A DNA stretch of 64,000 nt from Bacteroidales bacterium (GTDB lineage Bacteria > Bacteroidota > Bacteroidia > Bacteroidales > JAFGHD01): contig JAFGHD010000084.1 of NCBI GenBank assembly GCA_016939365.1, positions 576 to 64,575 on the forward strand, written 5' to 3'. Shown here one piece after another: positions 9,162 through 18,853 of the stretch (the first letter of the stretch is position 1; each line of letters starts with the position of its first letter). Position numbers and translations under genes: made by a program. Below the pieces are notes generated by a model. The model was not told the DNA's origin. It did not search any database and worked only from the letters and a program-made list of their open reading frames with translations.

Positions 9162-12100
9162 ATGAAAAGAAAGGCCCTTAATAATCCTCCTTTGCTTTCC
9201 GCTTTCATGGACGAGAAGGTATGGTTTGATTACCCGGGGCTTGCCCCGGAAAAGAGGGTCCAGGGTTTGCACTGGGGTTTGATACCATGTATTTTGAGTA
9301 TTTGTTTCCTGTGGGCAAGTTTGGGTATGACCCAGGACCTCGTCAAGGGCAAAGTCATTTATGATGCGCCTCCTTTGTCACCGGAAGATTCAGTGGCATT
9401 GTGCCGTTTGCCCGAACTGGTCGTGCCGGAGATTTACAAAGGGCCTGATGCGCCCCTCCTCCCGGTGGTGGTGGATAATTCACAGAATATATACTGGCGT
9501 CCCGTATTCGCCCAGGTAGCATATGAATGCGGCCAGGCCAGCGGTATAGGCCAGAATTTTACTTATGAGATCAACAGGCTGAGAAATCTGCCTTCGAACC
9601 TGGAAGACAATCAGTACCCGACACATTTTTGCTGGAATTTCGGCAATGGAGGCGACGGTTACTATGGTGTAAGCTATTTTCACAGCTTTGAGATTCTGAA
9701 GATGTGCGGAACCCCCAACGTAACCGATTATGGCGGGATGTCCGCTGGCGGACCCAAGAGATGGATGACTGGTTATCTGGATTACAATAAGGCGATGCAC
9801 AACAGGATATCCAAGGCGTTTCAGATCGATGTCTCCAATGAAGAGGGGGTGAATGCCCTGAGACACTGGATCCATGACCACCTGGAGGGCTCTGATTTTG
9901 GAGGAGTGGCGAGTTTTTACGCCTCATGTCCCTATGGAATGCCTACCCTTCCCCCTGGCACCCCGGAAGCCGGGAAATATGTCATGACCTCGTGGAGTTA
10001 CGCAAACCATGCCATGTGCATTGCGGGATACCACGACTCTATCAGATGGGATTACAACAGCGACGGGCAATACACAAACCACATCGACATCAATGGAGAC
10101 ATGAAGGTGGATGTACGTGACTGGGAGATCGGAGGACTGAAATTCTCGAACAATTACAGCGGAGGCCCTGGCTGGGGCAATAACGGATTCTGCTATATGA
10201 TGTACAAATCCCTTGCGGATGCGTACGGCAACGGTGGCATCTGGAATAACGCCGTCCATGTCCTCGATGCCCGGGCTGACACAGAACCCCTGCTGGCAGC
10301 ACGGATCACAATGAAACATGATTGCAGGGAAAAAGTCCGGGTGAGAATGGGTTATTCCCTTGATGAAAATGCACAGCAACCAGAGTTTCTCCTCAATTAC
10401 CCCATCGTTAAGTACCAGGGAGGCCCATACTATATGCAGGGTGGAAGCATGCCCGAGGACAAAACCATTGATTTCGGCCTGGACCTCGTCCATCTGTTGA
10501 ACATGGTGCCCAGTGGTATTCCTGCGAGGTGGTTCCTGGTTGTCGATGAGGATGACCCTTCCGGTCAGGGAACCGGGGAGATCGAATACTTCTCCCTGAT
10601 GGACTATACCAATGGCATCAATGAAATACCCTGCGCACAGACCAATGTCCCGTTGGTGGAGAACGGCCGGACCATTCTGTATGTCAATCACACGGTTACA
10701 TATAACCAGGTACTTGTGGAAACCGATGAGCTGCCCGATGCAACGGTCTTCGAGCCCTATGAGTTCCAGCTTCAAGCTGCCGGCGGAAGCTCCCCCTATT
10801 TGTGGGACTTCAACCTGAATTTCACCGAGACAGGAAATATCGGCACCTTTCCGGGCATCTCCGGCCAGCAGCTCATACCCACCAATTCCAGCGACGGATA
10901 TGCCATCCAGCAGCTCGGATTCAGCCTCCCATTCTATGGACATCTGTTTGATGAAATGAAGGTATATGTGGATGGATATATTATGGTGGATGAGTTGCTG
11001 TCCTGGCCCTACCAGGTGGATCCTTTTCTGGCCTTTACAAAAAACAGATATATCGCCCCCTTCATGTCCGACCTGAGGCTCTATTCTGACTTGGGAGACG
11101 GGATGTGGTACGAGGGAAACAACGAATATGCCATCTTCAGGTGGAAAGCTTCCGTTGATGGGCAGTATGGGACTTCTGCACTCAACTTCGCCGTGAAATT
11201 GCTGAAATCCGGAGAGATCAAATACTATTACGGCAACGGGAATTCCTTTTCGGATATTGAATGGGTTTCCGGGGTTTCGGCCGGCGACAATCATTACTAC
11301 CAGTTTACCGAGGTCTCCAATGATCCGGTGGTTCCGCCGAACAAGGTGATCTCGCTGAAAACTTCTGAAATACCTTCGGGTTTCCAGATTACCCGAGATG
11401 GGATCTTTTCAGGAACCCCCGTTCAGCCCTATTCCAATTTCGAGATCCGTTTCAGGGTCACTGATAGGGATAACATCACTGCCACCAAAACACTCTTCTT
11501 CTCGACCGATGGAACCAATTATCTGGTTATTGATGATGTTCAGGTGACCGCAGGAGACGACGATGTGATCGAGTACGGAGATACTGTCCGCCTTACGGTC
11601 TCAGTGAAAAACCTTGGGGATAATTTGATTACAGACGCAGTGATGAAGGTGTCAGAAGATGATCTTTTCATCATGCTTACCGATACCACTGAGTTCCTTG
11701 GAGATTTCAGCCCGGGCGAAACCAAAACCTTTCCGGATGCCTTTGTCTTTGAGGTAAGCCCTGAAGTGCCTGACAATCATGAACTGGACCTGAAGACCCT
11801 GATTGTGGCCGATTCGGGAGACGAATGGAGCAGCCATATTTATCTGAATGCATATGCCCCGGTCGTGACTGTGGGAAATGTGCTGGTTGACGACGGCAAC
11901 AACGGCGGACTGGAACCTGGTGAAACCGCAGACCTTTTGGTCACCCTTGTCAACTCAGGAGGTGCAGATGTTACTGACGCAACAGCATTATTGTCCACCA
12001 GCAATCCCTATATCACCATCAACACATCCACTGTACAATTACCAGTATTATCAGCAACCGGTTCAGCGGTGGCTGAATTCAGTATCACAGCATCACCGGA

Positions 12101-13235
12101 CACACCCCTGGGCACAATCATCGAACTCGGTATTTTGTTCACAGGTGCTCTCGGGTACAGCTCCTCTGACATGATCATCCTCTTAACCGGGTTGGATATT
12201 GAAGATTTTGAAACAGGTAATTTCCAGGCTTACCCCTGGACATTCAGCGGTGACGCCGACTGGATTATTGAGGAGGTCAATCCTTATCAGGGAATTTATT
12301 GTGCCAGGAGCGGCCAGATCACCGACAACCAGAAATCGGTCATGACGATTCAGCTCTGTTTCCTGACTGGAGGGAACATCAGGTTCTTCAGGAAAGTGTC
12401 CAGCGAAGTGGACTATGATTTCCTGAATTTTTATATCGACGGGGACCTCAGGGGCAACTGGGCGGGAGAAGCGCCCTGGGATGAGGTCAGCTATCCGGTG
12501 GATCAGGGATTGCACTACCTCTCCTGGTCTTATGAAAAGGACTATTCCCTGAACGGAGGTTCAGACTGCGGGTGGGTTGACCTGATCCGTTTTCCGGCTT
12601 TCGGCGATCCCTCACCCGTGTTGCAATTTGTTCCGGACCATTTTGACATCATCCTGAGTTCCGGTATGCAGGAGCAGTATTTACTTTCCTTGTCGAATGA
12701 AGGAACCGGGCCCATGACATATGAACTGTCCGTTAAGGATACTTCAGGGGTATCAGGGTGGCTCGAAGTCTCTCCTGTGGAGGGTGCCATGAATCCCGGC
12801 GAAACGGATGAAATAGAAGTGATCTGTTCTTCAGCCGTTCTGCAGACAGGCAGCTACGCTGCGGTGATCCTCATCAGGGATCATATGGGAAATGAATATG
12901 AAGTGCCGGTTTCTCTCCAGGTTACACCGGTATCGGGAAGCCTCGACGGATGGAGTGTTGTTGCAGGGCTGCGCGTCTTCCCCAATCCTTTTACCGAACG
13001 GGTTGAAGCAGAGTTCACCTTGCCGGAACCGATGCCGATAACCCTCAGGGTGCTCGGACCGGATGGGAAACTGGTGAAAAGTATCATGGAAAACCTGAAT
13101 CTGCCTGCCGGATTGTATAGAACCGTATGGGATGGATGGGGGCCCGGCATGACAAAAGCTCCGTCGGGAGTTTATTACATGGTACTCACTTCCCCGGAGG
13201 GCCGGACGGCGGTCAAAATGGTTTTTCTTCGCTGA
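9162..13235 (+). CDS. multidomain T9SS-secreted papain-like (C1-type) cysteine peptidase
   Basis: 1357 aa. Papain-fold blocks: QVAYECGQASG (Gln/Cys region), NHAMCIAGYHD (His block), FSNNYSGGPGWGNNGFCYMMY (NSWG..WG..GY-like Asn/Trp block). CARDB-like repeats (VSVKNLGDN, LVTLVNSGGADV). MAM-like domain (DIEDFETGNFQAYPWTF...). C-terminal T9SS sorting domain (VFPNPFTERVEAEFTL...GVYYMVLTSPEGRTAVKMVFLR). The hydrophobic signal segment sits about 40 aa in, so the true start may be downstream of 9162. Confidence 0.85.
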   Translation: MKRKALNNPPLLSAFMDEKVWFDYPGLAPEKRVQGLHWGLIPCILSICFLWASLGMTQDLVKGKVIYDAPPLSPEDSVALCRLPELVVPEIYKGPDAPLLPVVVDNSQNIYWRPVFAQVAYECGQASGIGQNFTYEINRLRNLPSNLEDNQYPTHFCWNFGNGGDGYYGVSYFHSFEILKMCGTPNVTDYGGMSAGGPKRWMTGYLDYNKAMHNRISKAFQIDVSNEEGVNALRHWIHDHLEGSDFGGVASFYASCPYGMPTLPPGTPEAGKYVMTSWSYANHAMCIAGYHDSIRWDYNSDGQYTNHIDINGDMKVDVRDWEIGGLKFSNNYSGGPGWGNNGFCYMMYKSLADAYGNGGIWNNAVHVLDARADTEPLLAARITMKHDCREKVRVRMGYSLDENAQQPEFLLNYPIVKYQGGPYYMQGGSMPEDKTIDFGLDLVHLLNMVPSGIPARWFLVVDEDDPSGQGTGEIEYFSLMDYTNGINEIPCAQTNVPLVENGRTILYVNHTVTYNQVLVETDELPDATVFEPYEFQLQAAGGSSPYLWDFNLNFTETGNIGTFPGISGQQLIPTNSSDGYAIQQLGFSLPFYGHLFDEMKVYVDGYIMVDELLSWPYQVDPFLAFTKNRYIAPFMSDLRLYSDLGDGMWYEGNNEYAIFRWKASVDGQYGTSALNFAVKLLKSGEIKYYYGNGNSFSDIEWVSGVSAGDNHYYQFTEVSNDPVVPPNKVISLKTSEIPSGFQITRDGIFSGTPVQPYSNFEIRFRVTDRDNITATKTLFFSTDGTNYLVIDDVQVTAGDDDVIEYGDTVRLTVSVKNLGDNLITDAVMKVSEDDLFIMLTDTTEFLGDFSPGETKTFPDAFVFEVSPEVPDNHELDLKTLIVADSGDEWSSHIYLNAYAPVVTVGNVLVDDGNNGGLEPGETADLLVTLVNSGGADVTDATALLSTSNPYITINTSTVQLPVLSATGSAVAEFSITASPDTPLGTIIELGILFTGALGYSSSDMIILLTGLDIEDFETGNFQAYPWTFSGDADWIIEEVNPYQGIYCARSGQITDNQKSVMTIQLCFLTGGNIRFFRKVSSEVDYDFLNFYIDGDLRGNWAGEAPWDEVSYPVDQGLHYLSWSYEKDYSLNGGSDCGWVDLIRFPAFGDPSPVLQFVPDHFDIILSSGMQEQYLLSLSNEGTGPMTYELSVKDTSGVSGWLEVSPVEGAMNPGETDEIEVICSSAVLQTGSYAAVILIRDHMGNEYEVPVSLQVTPVSGSLDGWSVVAGLRVFPNPFTERVEAEFTLPEPMPITLRVLGPDGKLVKSIMENLNLPAGLYRTVWDGWGPGMTKAPSGVYYMVLTSPEGRTAVKMVFLR

Positions 13236-13254
13236 TTCATGCCGTTTTATTTTC

Positions 13255-14892
13255 TCAACTGCCTGCATCGGGATGATCCTTTTCCAGGATGGTTTCCGAT
13301 TCGATCAGCAGCATTTCCTCCGGGGTGGCCTGGTAAAACCCTGCCATTTCAAGAATCCGCATGTATGTGGCCGTATCCCGCTGAAGCGAGTCCATAATGA
13401 ACGTCAGTCTTTCATGCACCCTGTAAAGTCCGGGGTGCTCATTCGCGAAGAGGTATCGGGCATCCCTGTTCAGTGCTGAATCCAGCGAAACACCCTGCTC
13501 CCGGGCTTTCTGTGATATTTTCTCCACCCATTTGCTGTCGGAACGTATCATCTGTTCATAGTGCCACTCCCCGACAAGAACCATGTAGCTGTTGAAGTCC
13601 TCCTGCCCATACTGGTAAAGGGCATTATTGTTGAGGATGACCTCAAGCGGTTTGTCCGTTTTCTGGGATTGCGAGACCAGGTCTTTGAACCACGGTTCAT
13701 AGCAGGTGATGTGCCGGAGGTACTGGGGTATCCTGTCGTACCGGGACACCGGCGCATACAGACCATAAAGGTCATCAATGAATCCCCACCCCAGCTTGTA
13801 AAGAAAACGGTCTGTTATCGTGAGGATGATCACCTCCTGTTTTTCCGTTTCCCGGCGCAGATCCAACTTTTCGACCCTCATGGGACTGTGATAGGATTCG
13901 GGAAACACCTCAGAATAGAAATACCAGAATACTTCACGTTCAAAGAGACGGGCGGGGAGTTTTGTGTTATAGATATTCCAGTAATAGCTGTCGCCGACGA
14001 CCAGGACAGCTGGCCGCTTCTTTCCGGGATTATCTTCGAACCGGAAGAGGGGATAGGCCAGTGGTGTCTTTTCCGGAAGCCAGCAGAGCAGGTTCAGTGC
14101 CCGGCCGATGTCATAGTCGGGCCTCCGTGCCTGGTATTCGATCGCCATGCTGTCGGTATCGATATCGTTGAGGTCCGTTCCCAAACGGTATTCCAGGTAT
14201 TTCACCAGAGTGTCCGCCGCCAGTGACATGCCGTAAATGCTCCAGTGGGTGCCATGCGGCGGGTACATGGGATATCCTGCCCGGCTCTTGCAGGACTGGA
14301 AGAAATCCTGAAGATCGAGAAAATCCACCCCCAGCTCCCGGGCCCGGCCGACAATGTACTCATAGTTGGTCAGGGAACGTTCCTCCGGCTCAAAGTGGTC
14401 GGGAATGTTTTCCGGCATAAAAGCTGCTTTGCCCGGCTCAATGACCAGAAGCAGGATCGTATGGTGTTCCTTTTCAAGCCAGGTCTGAAGGTACTTCAGT
14501 CGCCTGAGAAACCGGTCCAGGTTTTCACTGCCGATAAAATCAATCCCCTTGTGGGTCCTGATATAGTCGTATTCGAAGAGCTGTCCTTTTTTACCCACTA
14601 CCACCCCTTCCCCATGCGTTTTCCGGAACAGGCTGAAATCAACCTGATTCGATGTTCTGACCAACAGGTTGCGGAAACCGATGTGATGCTCCAGCCAGTC
14701 GCTGAAAGCGGACTGGTAAGTGCCGGAATAGACGGCTTTAAGGCACAGGTCAGGTTTTTCCGCAAGAACGAAATCTCCATCCAGTGGTTGTATCCTGAAA
14801 AGCCCTGTCTCCTTCTGAAGGGCCGGAAGGATGATTACTGCCAGTATGATCAGCAACAGGATCCGCTCCGTAATGTTGTATTGCCTTTTCAT
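13255..14892 (-). CDS. AlgJ/AlgX/DltD-like SGNH-type O-acyltransferase partner of the adjacent MBOAT, N-terminally anchored
   Basis: About 545 aa. Single N-terminal TM helix. GTHWS (DxHW-like AlgJ motif). VVGDSYYW (GDS block). The ATG at 14892 shares one base with the MBOAT stop (TGATG). The C-terminal third carries a degenerate three-fold repeat. Confidence 0.6.
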   Translation of the reverse strand: MKRQYNITERILLLIILAVIILPALQKETGLFRIQPLDGDFVLAEKPDLCLKAVYSGTYQSAFSDWLEHHIGFRNLLVRTSNQVDFSLFRKTHGEGVVVGKKGQLFEYDYIRTHKGIDFIGSENLDRFLRRLKYLQTWLEKEHHTILLLVIEPGKAAFMPENIPDHFEPEERSLTNYEYIVGRARELGVDFLDLQDFFQSCKSRAGYPMYPPHGTHWSIYGMSLAADTLVKYLEYRLGTDLNDIDTDSMAIEYQARRPDYDIGRALNLLCWLPEKTPLAYPLFRFEDNPGKKRPAVLVVGDSYYWNIYNTKLPARLFEREVFWYFYSEVFPESYHSPMRVEKLDLRRETEKQEVIILTITDRFLYKLGWGFIDDLYGLYAPVSRYDRIPQYLRHITCYEPWFKDLVSQSQKTDKPLEVILNNNALYQYGQEDFNSYMVLVGEWHYEQMIRSDSKWVEKISQKAREQGVSLDSALNRDARYLFANEHPGLYRVHERLTFIMDSLQRDTATYMRILEMAGFYQATPEEMLLIESETILEKDHPDAGS

Positions 14893-16358
14893 CAAAATCT
14901 GAAATAGATGAATGGATTGAATCCGCTGGAAGTGATGGACGACAGACAGATGATAAATGATATTGCCGAAGCAAGGGTCATGATGAGGAGTGTAACCGGT
15001 TTTTTAGATTTGGCAAAAATGTGTTCCTGGAGTGGCTCGATACCCCGGAATATCGCCACGAAGGAGAAAAAGCCCCCGAGCAGGAGCATGAACCGCATTT
15101 TCGCGTCGAAGTAATACTGGTCTGCCGCTGGTGTGAAGGCATACATGTTTTTTATATAAAACCAGGCCTGTGTTATATTGTCTGCACGGAACAGCACCCA
15201 TCCGTGGAGGGTGATAAGGAAGGTGAATATAATGGAGGGGATTTTACCTGCCTTTTGGAGTACTTTCAGCAGGAAGAGCCGGTCGGCCACGAGGAACAGG
15301 CCATGAAAAGCTCCCCATATCACGAAATTCCATGCCGCTCCGTGCCAGAGGCCCGAGATAAGAAATACCACCCAGAGATTGAAGAACATGCGGGCTGCGG
15401 GAACCCGGTTACCTCCCAGAGGTATGTAAAGATAGTCCTTCATGAATCGTCCCAGAGTGATATGCCAGCGTCTCCAGAACTCCGAGATGCTTCCGGCAAT
15501 GTAAGGATTGTTGAAGTTCTCGGGAAAGTCGAATCCGGCCATCCGGCCCAGGCCGATGGCCATGTCGGAGTAACCGGAAAAATCATAATATATCTGGAAG
15601 GCATAAGCCACAATACCCAGCCATGCAGTGCCGCTACCCAGTTCCTCCGGGGGCATTGAAAATATCGCATCCACCTGTTCCCCCAGAACGTTGGCGATCA
15701 GCACCTTTTTGGCCAGCCCCACCGTGAACCGGAAGAACCCGGTCAGCCTGTTGTTGTGGTTCTCATTGGCGGAACGGTCTTCGATCTGGTGAGCGATCTC
15801 GTTGAACCGGACAATGGGTCCTGCCACCAGCTGCGGAAACATCAGGATATAGAGCGCATAGTCCCGGACATGCCGCAAGGGAGGATTTGTTTTTCTGTAA
15901 ACATCTACAGTATAAGTCAGCTTCTGGAATGTGAAGAAAGAGATACCGATCGGCAAAGCCACCTCCACCCAGACCGCAGGCCGGATACCCATGGCCGACA
16001 ATATACAATTCAGGTTGTCAACCATGAAGTTGGCATATTTGAAATATACGAGCAGACCAATGTTCAGTATCAACGACAGGGCAAGCAGCAGGTTCCGTCT
16101 TACGCCTGCGGAACGGCTCATTTCCCTGACCAGGTAAAAGTCTGTCACAATGGACCCGAGTACGATCAGGATGAAATCGGGGGCACCCCAGGCATAAAAA
16201 ACCACGCTGGCAACAAGTGCATACATGTTTTTCCATCGGCGGGGCAAAAGGAAATAGACCACCAGAAAGGCCGGCAGAAAATAGAGGAGGAACAGGCTGC
16301 TGCTGAATACCATGACCCTGGGTTCCCAAAGTGTTTGCGGAAAGGGCAAATTTAGCAA
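14892..16358 (-). CDS. MBOAT-family membrane-bound O-acyltransferase (AlgI/DltB/PatA-like)
   Basis: 488 aa, polytopic. Conserved MBOAT blocks: FWRRWHITLGRFMKDYLYIPLGGNR and the WHGAAWNFVIWG histidine motif. Confidence 0.92.
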   Translation of the reverse strand: MLNLPFPQTLWEPRVMVFSSSLFLLYFLPAFLVVYFLLPRRWKNMYALVASVVFYAWGAPDFILIVLGSIVTDFYLVREMSRSAGVRRNLLLALSLILNIGLLVYFKYANFMVDNLNCILSAMGIRPAVWVEVALPIGISFFTFQKLTYTVDVYRKTNPPLRHVRDYALYILMFPQLVAGPIVRFNEIAHQIEDRSANENHNNRLTGFFRFTVGLAKKVLIANVLGEQVDAIFSMPPEELGSGTAWLGIVAYAFQIYYDFSGYSDMAIGLGRMAGFDFPENFNNPYIAGSISEFWRRWHITLGRFMKDYLYIPLGGNRVPAARMFFNLWVVFLISGLWHGAAWNFVIWGAFHGLFLVADRLFLLKVLQKAGKIPSIIFTFLITLHGWVLFRADNITQAWFYIKNMYAFTPAADQYYFDAKMRFMLLLGGFFSFVAIFRGIEPLQEHIFAKSKKPVTLLIMTLASAISFIICLSSITSSGFNPFIYFRF

Positions 16359-16458
16359 TTCAGTTTATTTTTACCTGCTCAACGAAGGGATGCGGCCGGT
16401 CGGGAATTTCAATGAAAGGCAATACTTGATCTTTAAGCGTCGGGTTAACCCCAATGAG

Positions 16459-17343
16459 ATGTTCAAACGACTTTTCAATATTTTTCTTTACCTCTCCCTG
16501 GCATTTCTGGGCGGGTATCTGTACCGGATGGACTATTTCGATTTCCGCACCATCCGGCCGCAGTCTGAATTCCTGGTCTTATCGTTGCTTTTACTCTGGC
16601 TTGGATTTTTCATGAGTACGGTCAGCTGGTGGAATATCATGCGGCAATCCGGTCATGAAGAGACCGTTGGACGCGCACTGGTCTCGCATGGGCTTTCGGT
16701 TTTTGCCAAGTACATACCCGGAAAGATATGGGTGGTTCTGGGCCGTGCAGGATATCTTTCACAGGACAAATCCCTCTTCGGTAAATTATCCCTGCTTTCT
16801 CTGAAGGAGCAGCTCATTTATGTTTGGATGGGATTGATCATAAGTGTACTTCCCATGCTGTTCCTTTACGGGCTTTCCCGGTTCACCCTCTTTGTTCTCC
16901 TTTTGCTGATCTTTCTGACGCTGTCCCTTTATGTTCCGGTTGTGCACAAATGGGCCGGAAGGATGTACCACCGGGTTTTCCGGAAAGAGATGAAATGGCC
17001 TGTTCTGGAAATCCGCGGCATACTGAGGGTGATGGGATATATCGGTACCTACTGGATCATTTGGATCCTGGCGTTTTATCTTCTGGTGGCATCTCTTTCA
17101 GGCTCCGTTTCTTTTGGGGTTGGATTCGCATTTCCCCTCAGCGTGACCCTGGGACTGCTGGCCATAATTTTTCCGGGTGGATTGGGCATTCGGGAAGGGA
17201 TCATGACGGGTTATCTGGTCCTTGCAGGTATTCCTCTTGAGACAGCGGCTTCCATTTCGGTGTGCGCCCGCATATGGTTCATCAGCGGAGAGTTGTTTCT
17301 CTTCTTGTTATCCCTGGCGGTCAAATGGGCCGGGCGGGGTTAA
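16459..17343 (+). CDS. UPF0104 / LPG_synthase_TM-type (flippase-like) membrane protein, second copy in the window
   Basis: The ORF-track frame opens at 16312, but that start would overlap the MBOAT gene. The first ATG followed by a TM helix (MFKRLFNIFLYLSLAFLGGYLY) is at 16459. About 8 TM helices, with a C-terminal PGGLGIREG motif typical of this family. Confidence 0.65.
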   Translation: MFKRLFNIFLYLSLAFLGGYLYRMDYFDFRTIRPQSEFLVLSLLLLWLGFFMSTVSWWNIMRQSGHEETVGRALVSHGLSVFAKYIPGKIWVVLGRAGYLSQDKSLFGKLSLLSLKEQLIYVWMGLIISVLPMLFLYGLSRFTLFVLLLLIFLTLSLYVPVVHKWAGRMYHRVFRKEMKWPVLEIRGILRVMGYIGTYWIIWILAFYLLVASLSGSVSFGVGFAFPLSVTLGLLAIIFPGGLGIREGIMTGYLVLAGIPLETAASISVCARIWFISGELFLFLLSLAVKWAGRG

Positions 17344-17353
17344 GCAGATACTC

Positions 17354-18457
17354 CTATTTCAGAAGCCGTTCATTGTCCTGGAAATCCATCCACATGGCGA
17401 AAAGGAGTGATTGAAGCCCCGTGATGGTAAGGAAAATAAAAAAGATCAGGGATTGCTGCGGAGTGGAAAACCCTGGCTTCAGAGCGTTGGAAAGCATGCT
17501 GACCAGGAAGGGAAGGGCACAGGCTAAAAGAATTAATCCCAGGTGGTACAGAAGAAAAAGGGGATGAAAATCCCGGAACAGGTATTTGATCCATAATCTT
17601 TTGAAGAAGGAGCGGAAAAGCAGCCAGCCAATGGGAAACAGCACTTTGAATACTCTGAGTTTTGAGCGTTCGCCCACGCGATAAACCGGCTTGACCGTCA
17701 CCTCTCTAAGGGTACAGTATGCGATATTCAGCCTGACCAGCATGTCGTTGGGCATTCCATAGGATGGATAAATCCGGTATAGTTTTATGGAGTTCAACGC
17801 TTTTGCTGAGATGGCCGTATAGCCCGTCTGGGTGTCGGAAACGGACCAGTAACCGGAGGCCATTTTGGTCAGTATAGAGAGGATGGAATTTCCCCAGAAA
17901 CGCACCGCCGGTATGATTGCGAAAGCGCTGGGGTGTTTCAGCCGGTTTCCCTTGACATAATCCACTCCATCCCGTACCACCGGCATACAAATTGATTCCA
18001 GCTCCCCCGGATCCATCTGTCCGTCTCCGGCCATGACCGCGGTGCAATCGATACCATGGTCCTTACACCATTTGTAGCCCCGCGCAATGGCAGCCCCCAC
18101 ACCCGAATTCTTCGCCATGTCGATCAGTATGAGCCGGTCCTGCCACGGTGTCCGGTTGTATACAGCCGAAGGTTTGAAGAAACGGATCTCTTCCCGGTTG
18201 CGTTCCCAGATAAGTTCTTCGGCAGCACTGTATATTCCACGTGGAGGCGGTTTTTCAACATCATGGATCACGTGTGCGCTCCTGTTTCCCGGAGCATCTA
18301 CCAGCTTCCTCACCACTTCTGACGTTCCGTCCTTCGAATGGTCGTTGATCAGAACGATCCGGTCGACAAAATCCGGAATCCCGCCGATGACCATTTCGAT
18401 CTGATATTCCTCGTTGTACGCCGGGATCACAACCCCGATGGTCTTTCCCTCGAGCAA
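17354..18457 (-). CDS. family 2 glycosyltransferase of the polyprenyl-phosphate sugar synthase type (GtrB/ArnC/DPM1-like)
   Basis: 367 aa. IGVVIPAYNEE, LINDHSKDGT and MAGDGQMDP (DxD-type) motifs. Two C-terminal TM helices, as in GtrB/ArnC. Confidence 0.85.
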   Translation of the reverse strand: MLEGKTIGVVIPAYNEEYQIEMVIGGIPDFVDRIVLINDHSKDGTSEVVRKLVDAPGNRSAHVIHDVEKPPPRGIYSAAEELIWERNREEIRFFKPSAVYNRTPWQDRLILIDMAKNSGVGAAIARGYKWCKDHGIDCTAVMAGDGQMDPGELESICMPVVRDGVDYVKGNRLKHPSAFAIIPAVRFWGNSILSILTKMASGYWSVSDTQTGYTAISAKALNSIKLYRIYPSYGMPNDMLVRLNIAYCTLREVTVKPVYRVGERSKLRVFKVLFPIGWLLFRSFFKRLWIKYLFRDFHPLFLLYHLGLILLACALPFLVSMLSNALKPGFSTPQQSLIFFIFLTITGLQSLLFAMWMDFQDNERLLK

Positions 18458-18853
18458 TGGTCTGTGTCTTTTGGTTGTTTGGAATAAAAGTAGAAAAAAC
18501 TTCTATTACTCAAATCCGGATCAGCGGGTATCGGTTATTTTTGAAATGGGGTGCAGAAATCTGCATAACAATCTATTTGTCAATAGTATGGTCAGGGAAT
18601 ACTCATTTAGGAAGGAACCTGAAAATACTGCATTTTTCGTTTTTTTAGTTGCGATAATGATTATCGGACTGATGCATAAACGAAGATCCGGTCATAACTA
18701 AGAATCCGGAAGTTCTCCCCTTTTGTGTATACGCTTTATACTGGTTGGTTTATTCTCAATCTATCTGATTTATCCCGAACGACACCCTGCACCGGTATGA
18801 TCTGACCGGCAGGGCAAGTCTTGATTATGCAACGCCGTTCAGTAAAGCCGGCG

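Noticed and set aside
9924-11294. 456-aa minus-strand ORF lying entirely inside the 1357-aa T9SS peptidase gene
   Set aside because: The translation is compositionally odd (rich in Gly, His, Ile and Val) with no motif, no signal and no start context. The plus-strand frame has clear papain, CARDB and CTD homology. It is most likely a stop-depleted antisense frame.
16312-16458. Upstream extension of the second UPF0104 gene
   Set aside because: It would overlap the divergent MBOAT coding region (which ends at 16358) and adds no hydrophobic or conserved sequence. The first ATG followed by a TM helix is at 16459.
18458-18853. 396-nt A/T-rich gap between the GT2 and the putative GT-C genes, with small hairpins (for example 18786-18815) and a weak GAAAA/TTTTC plus T-run near 18620-18650, considered as an sRNA locus
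   Set aside because: The hairpins are short and lack convincing T-tracts. The listed ORFs (95, 63 and 60 aa) have no protein-like features. The evidence is too weak to call anything beyond a promoter or 3' UTR region.
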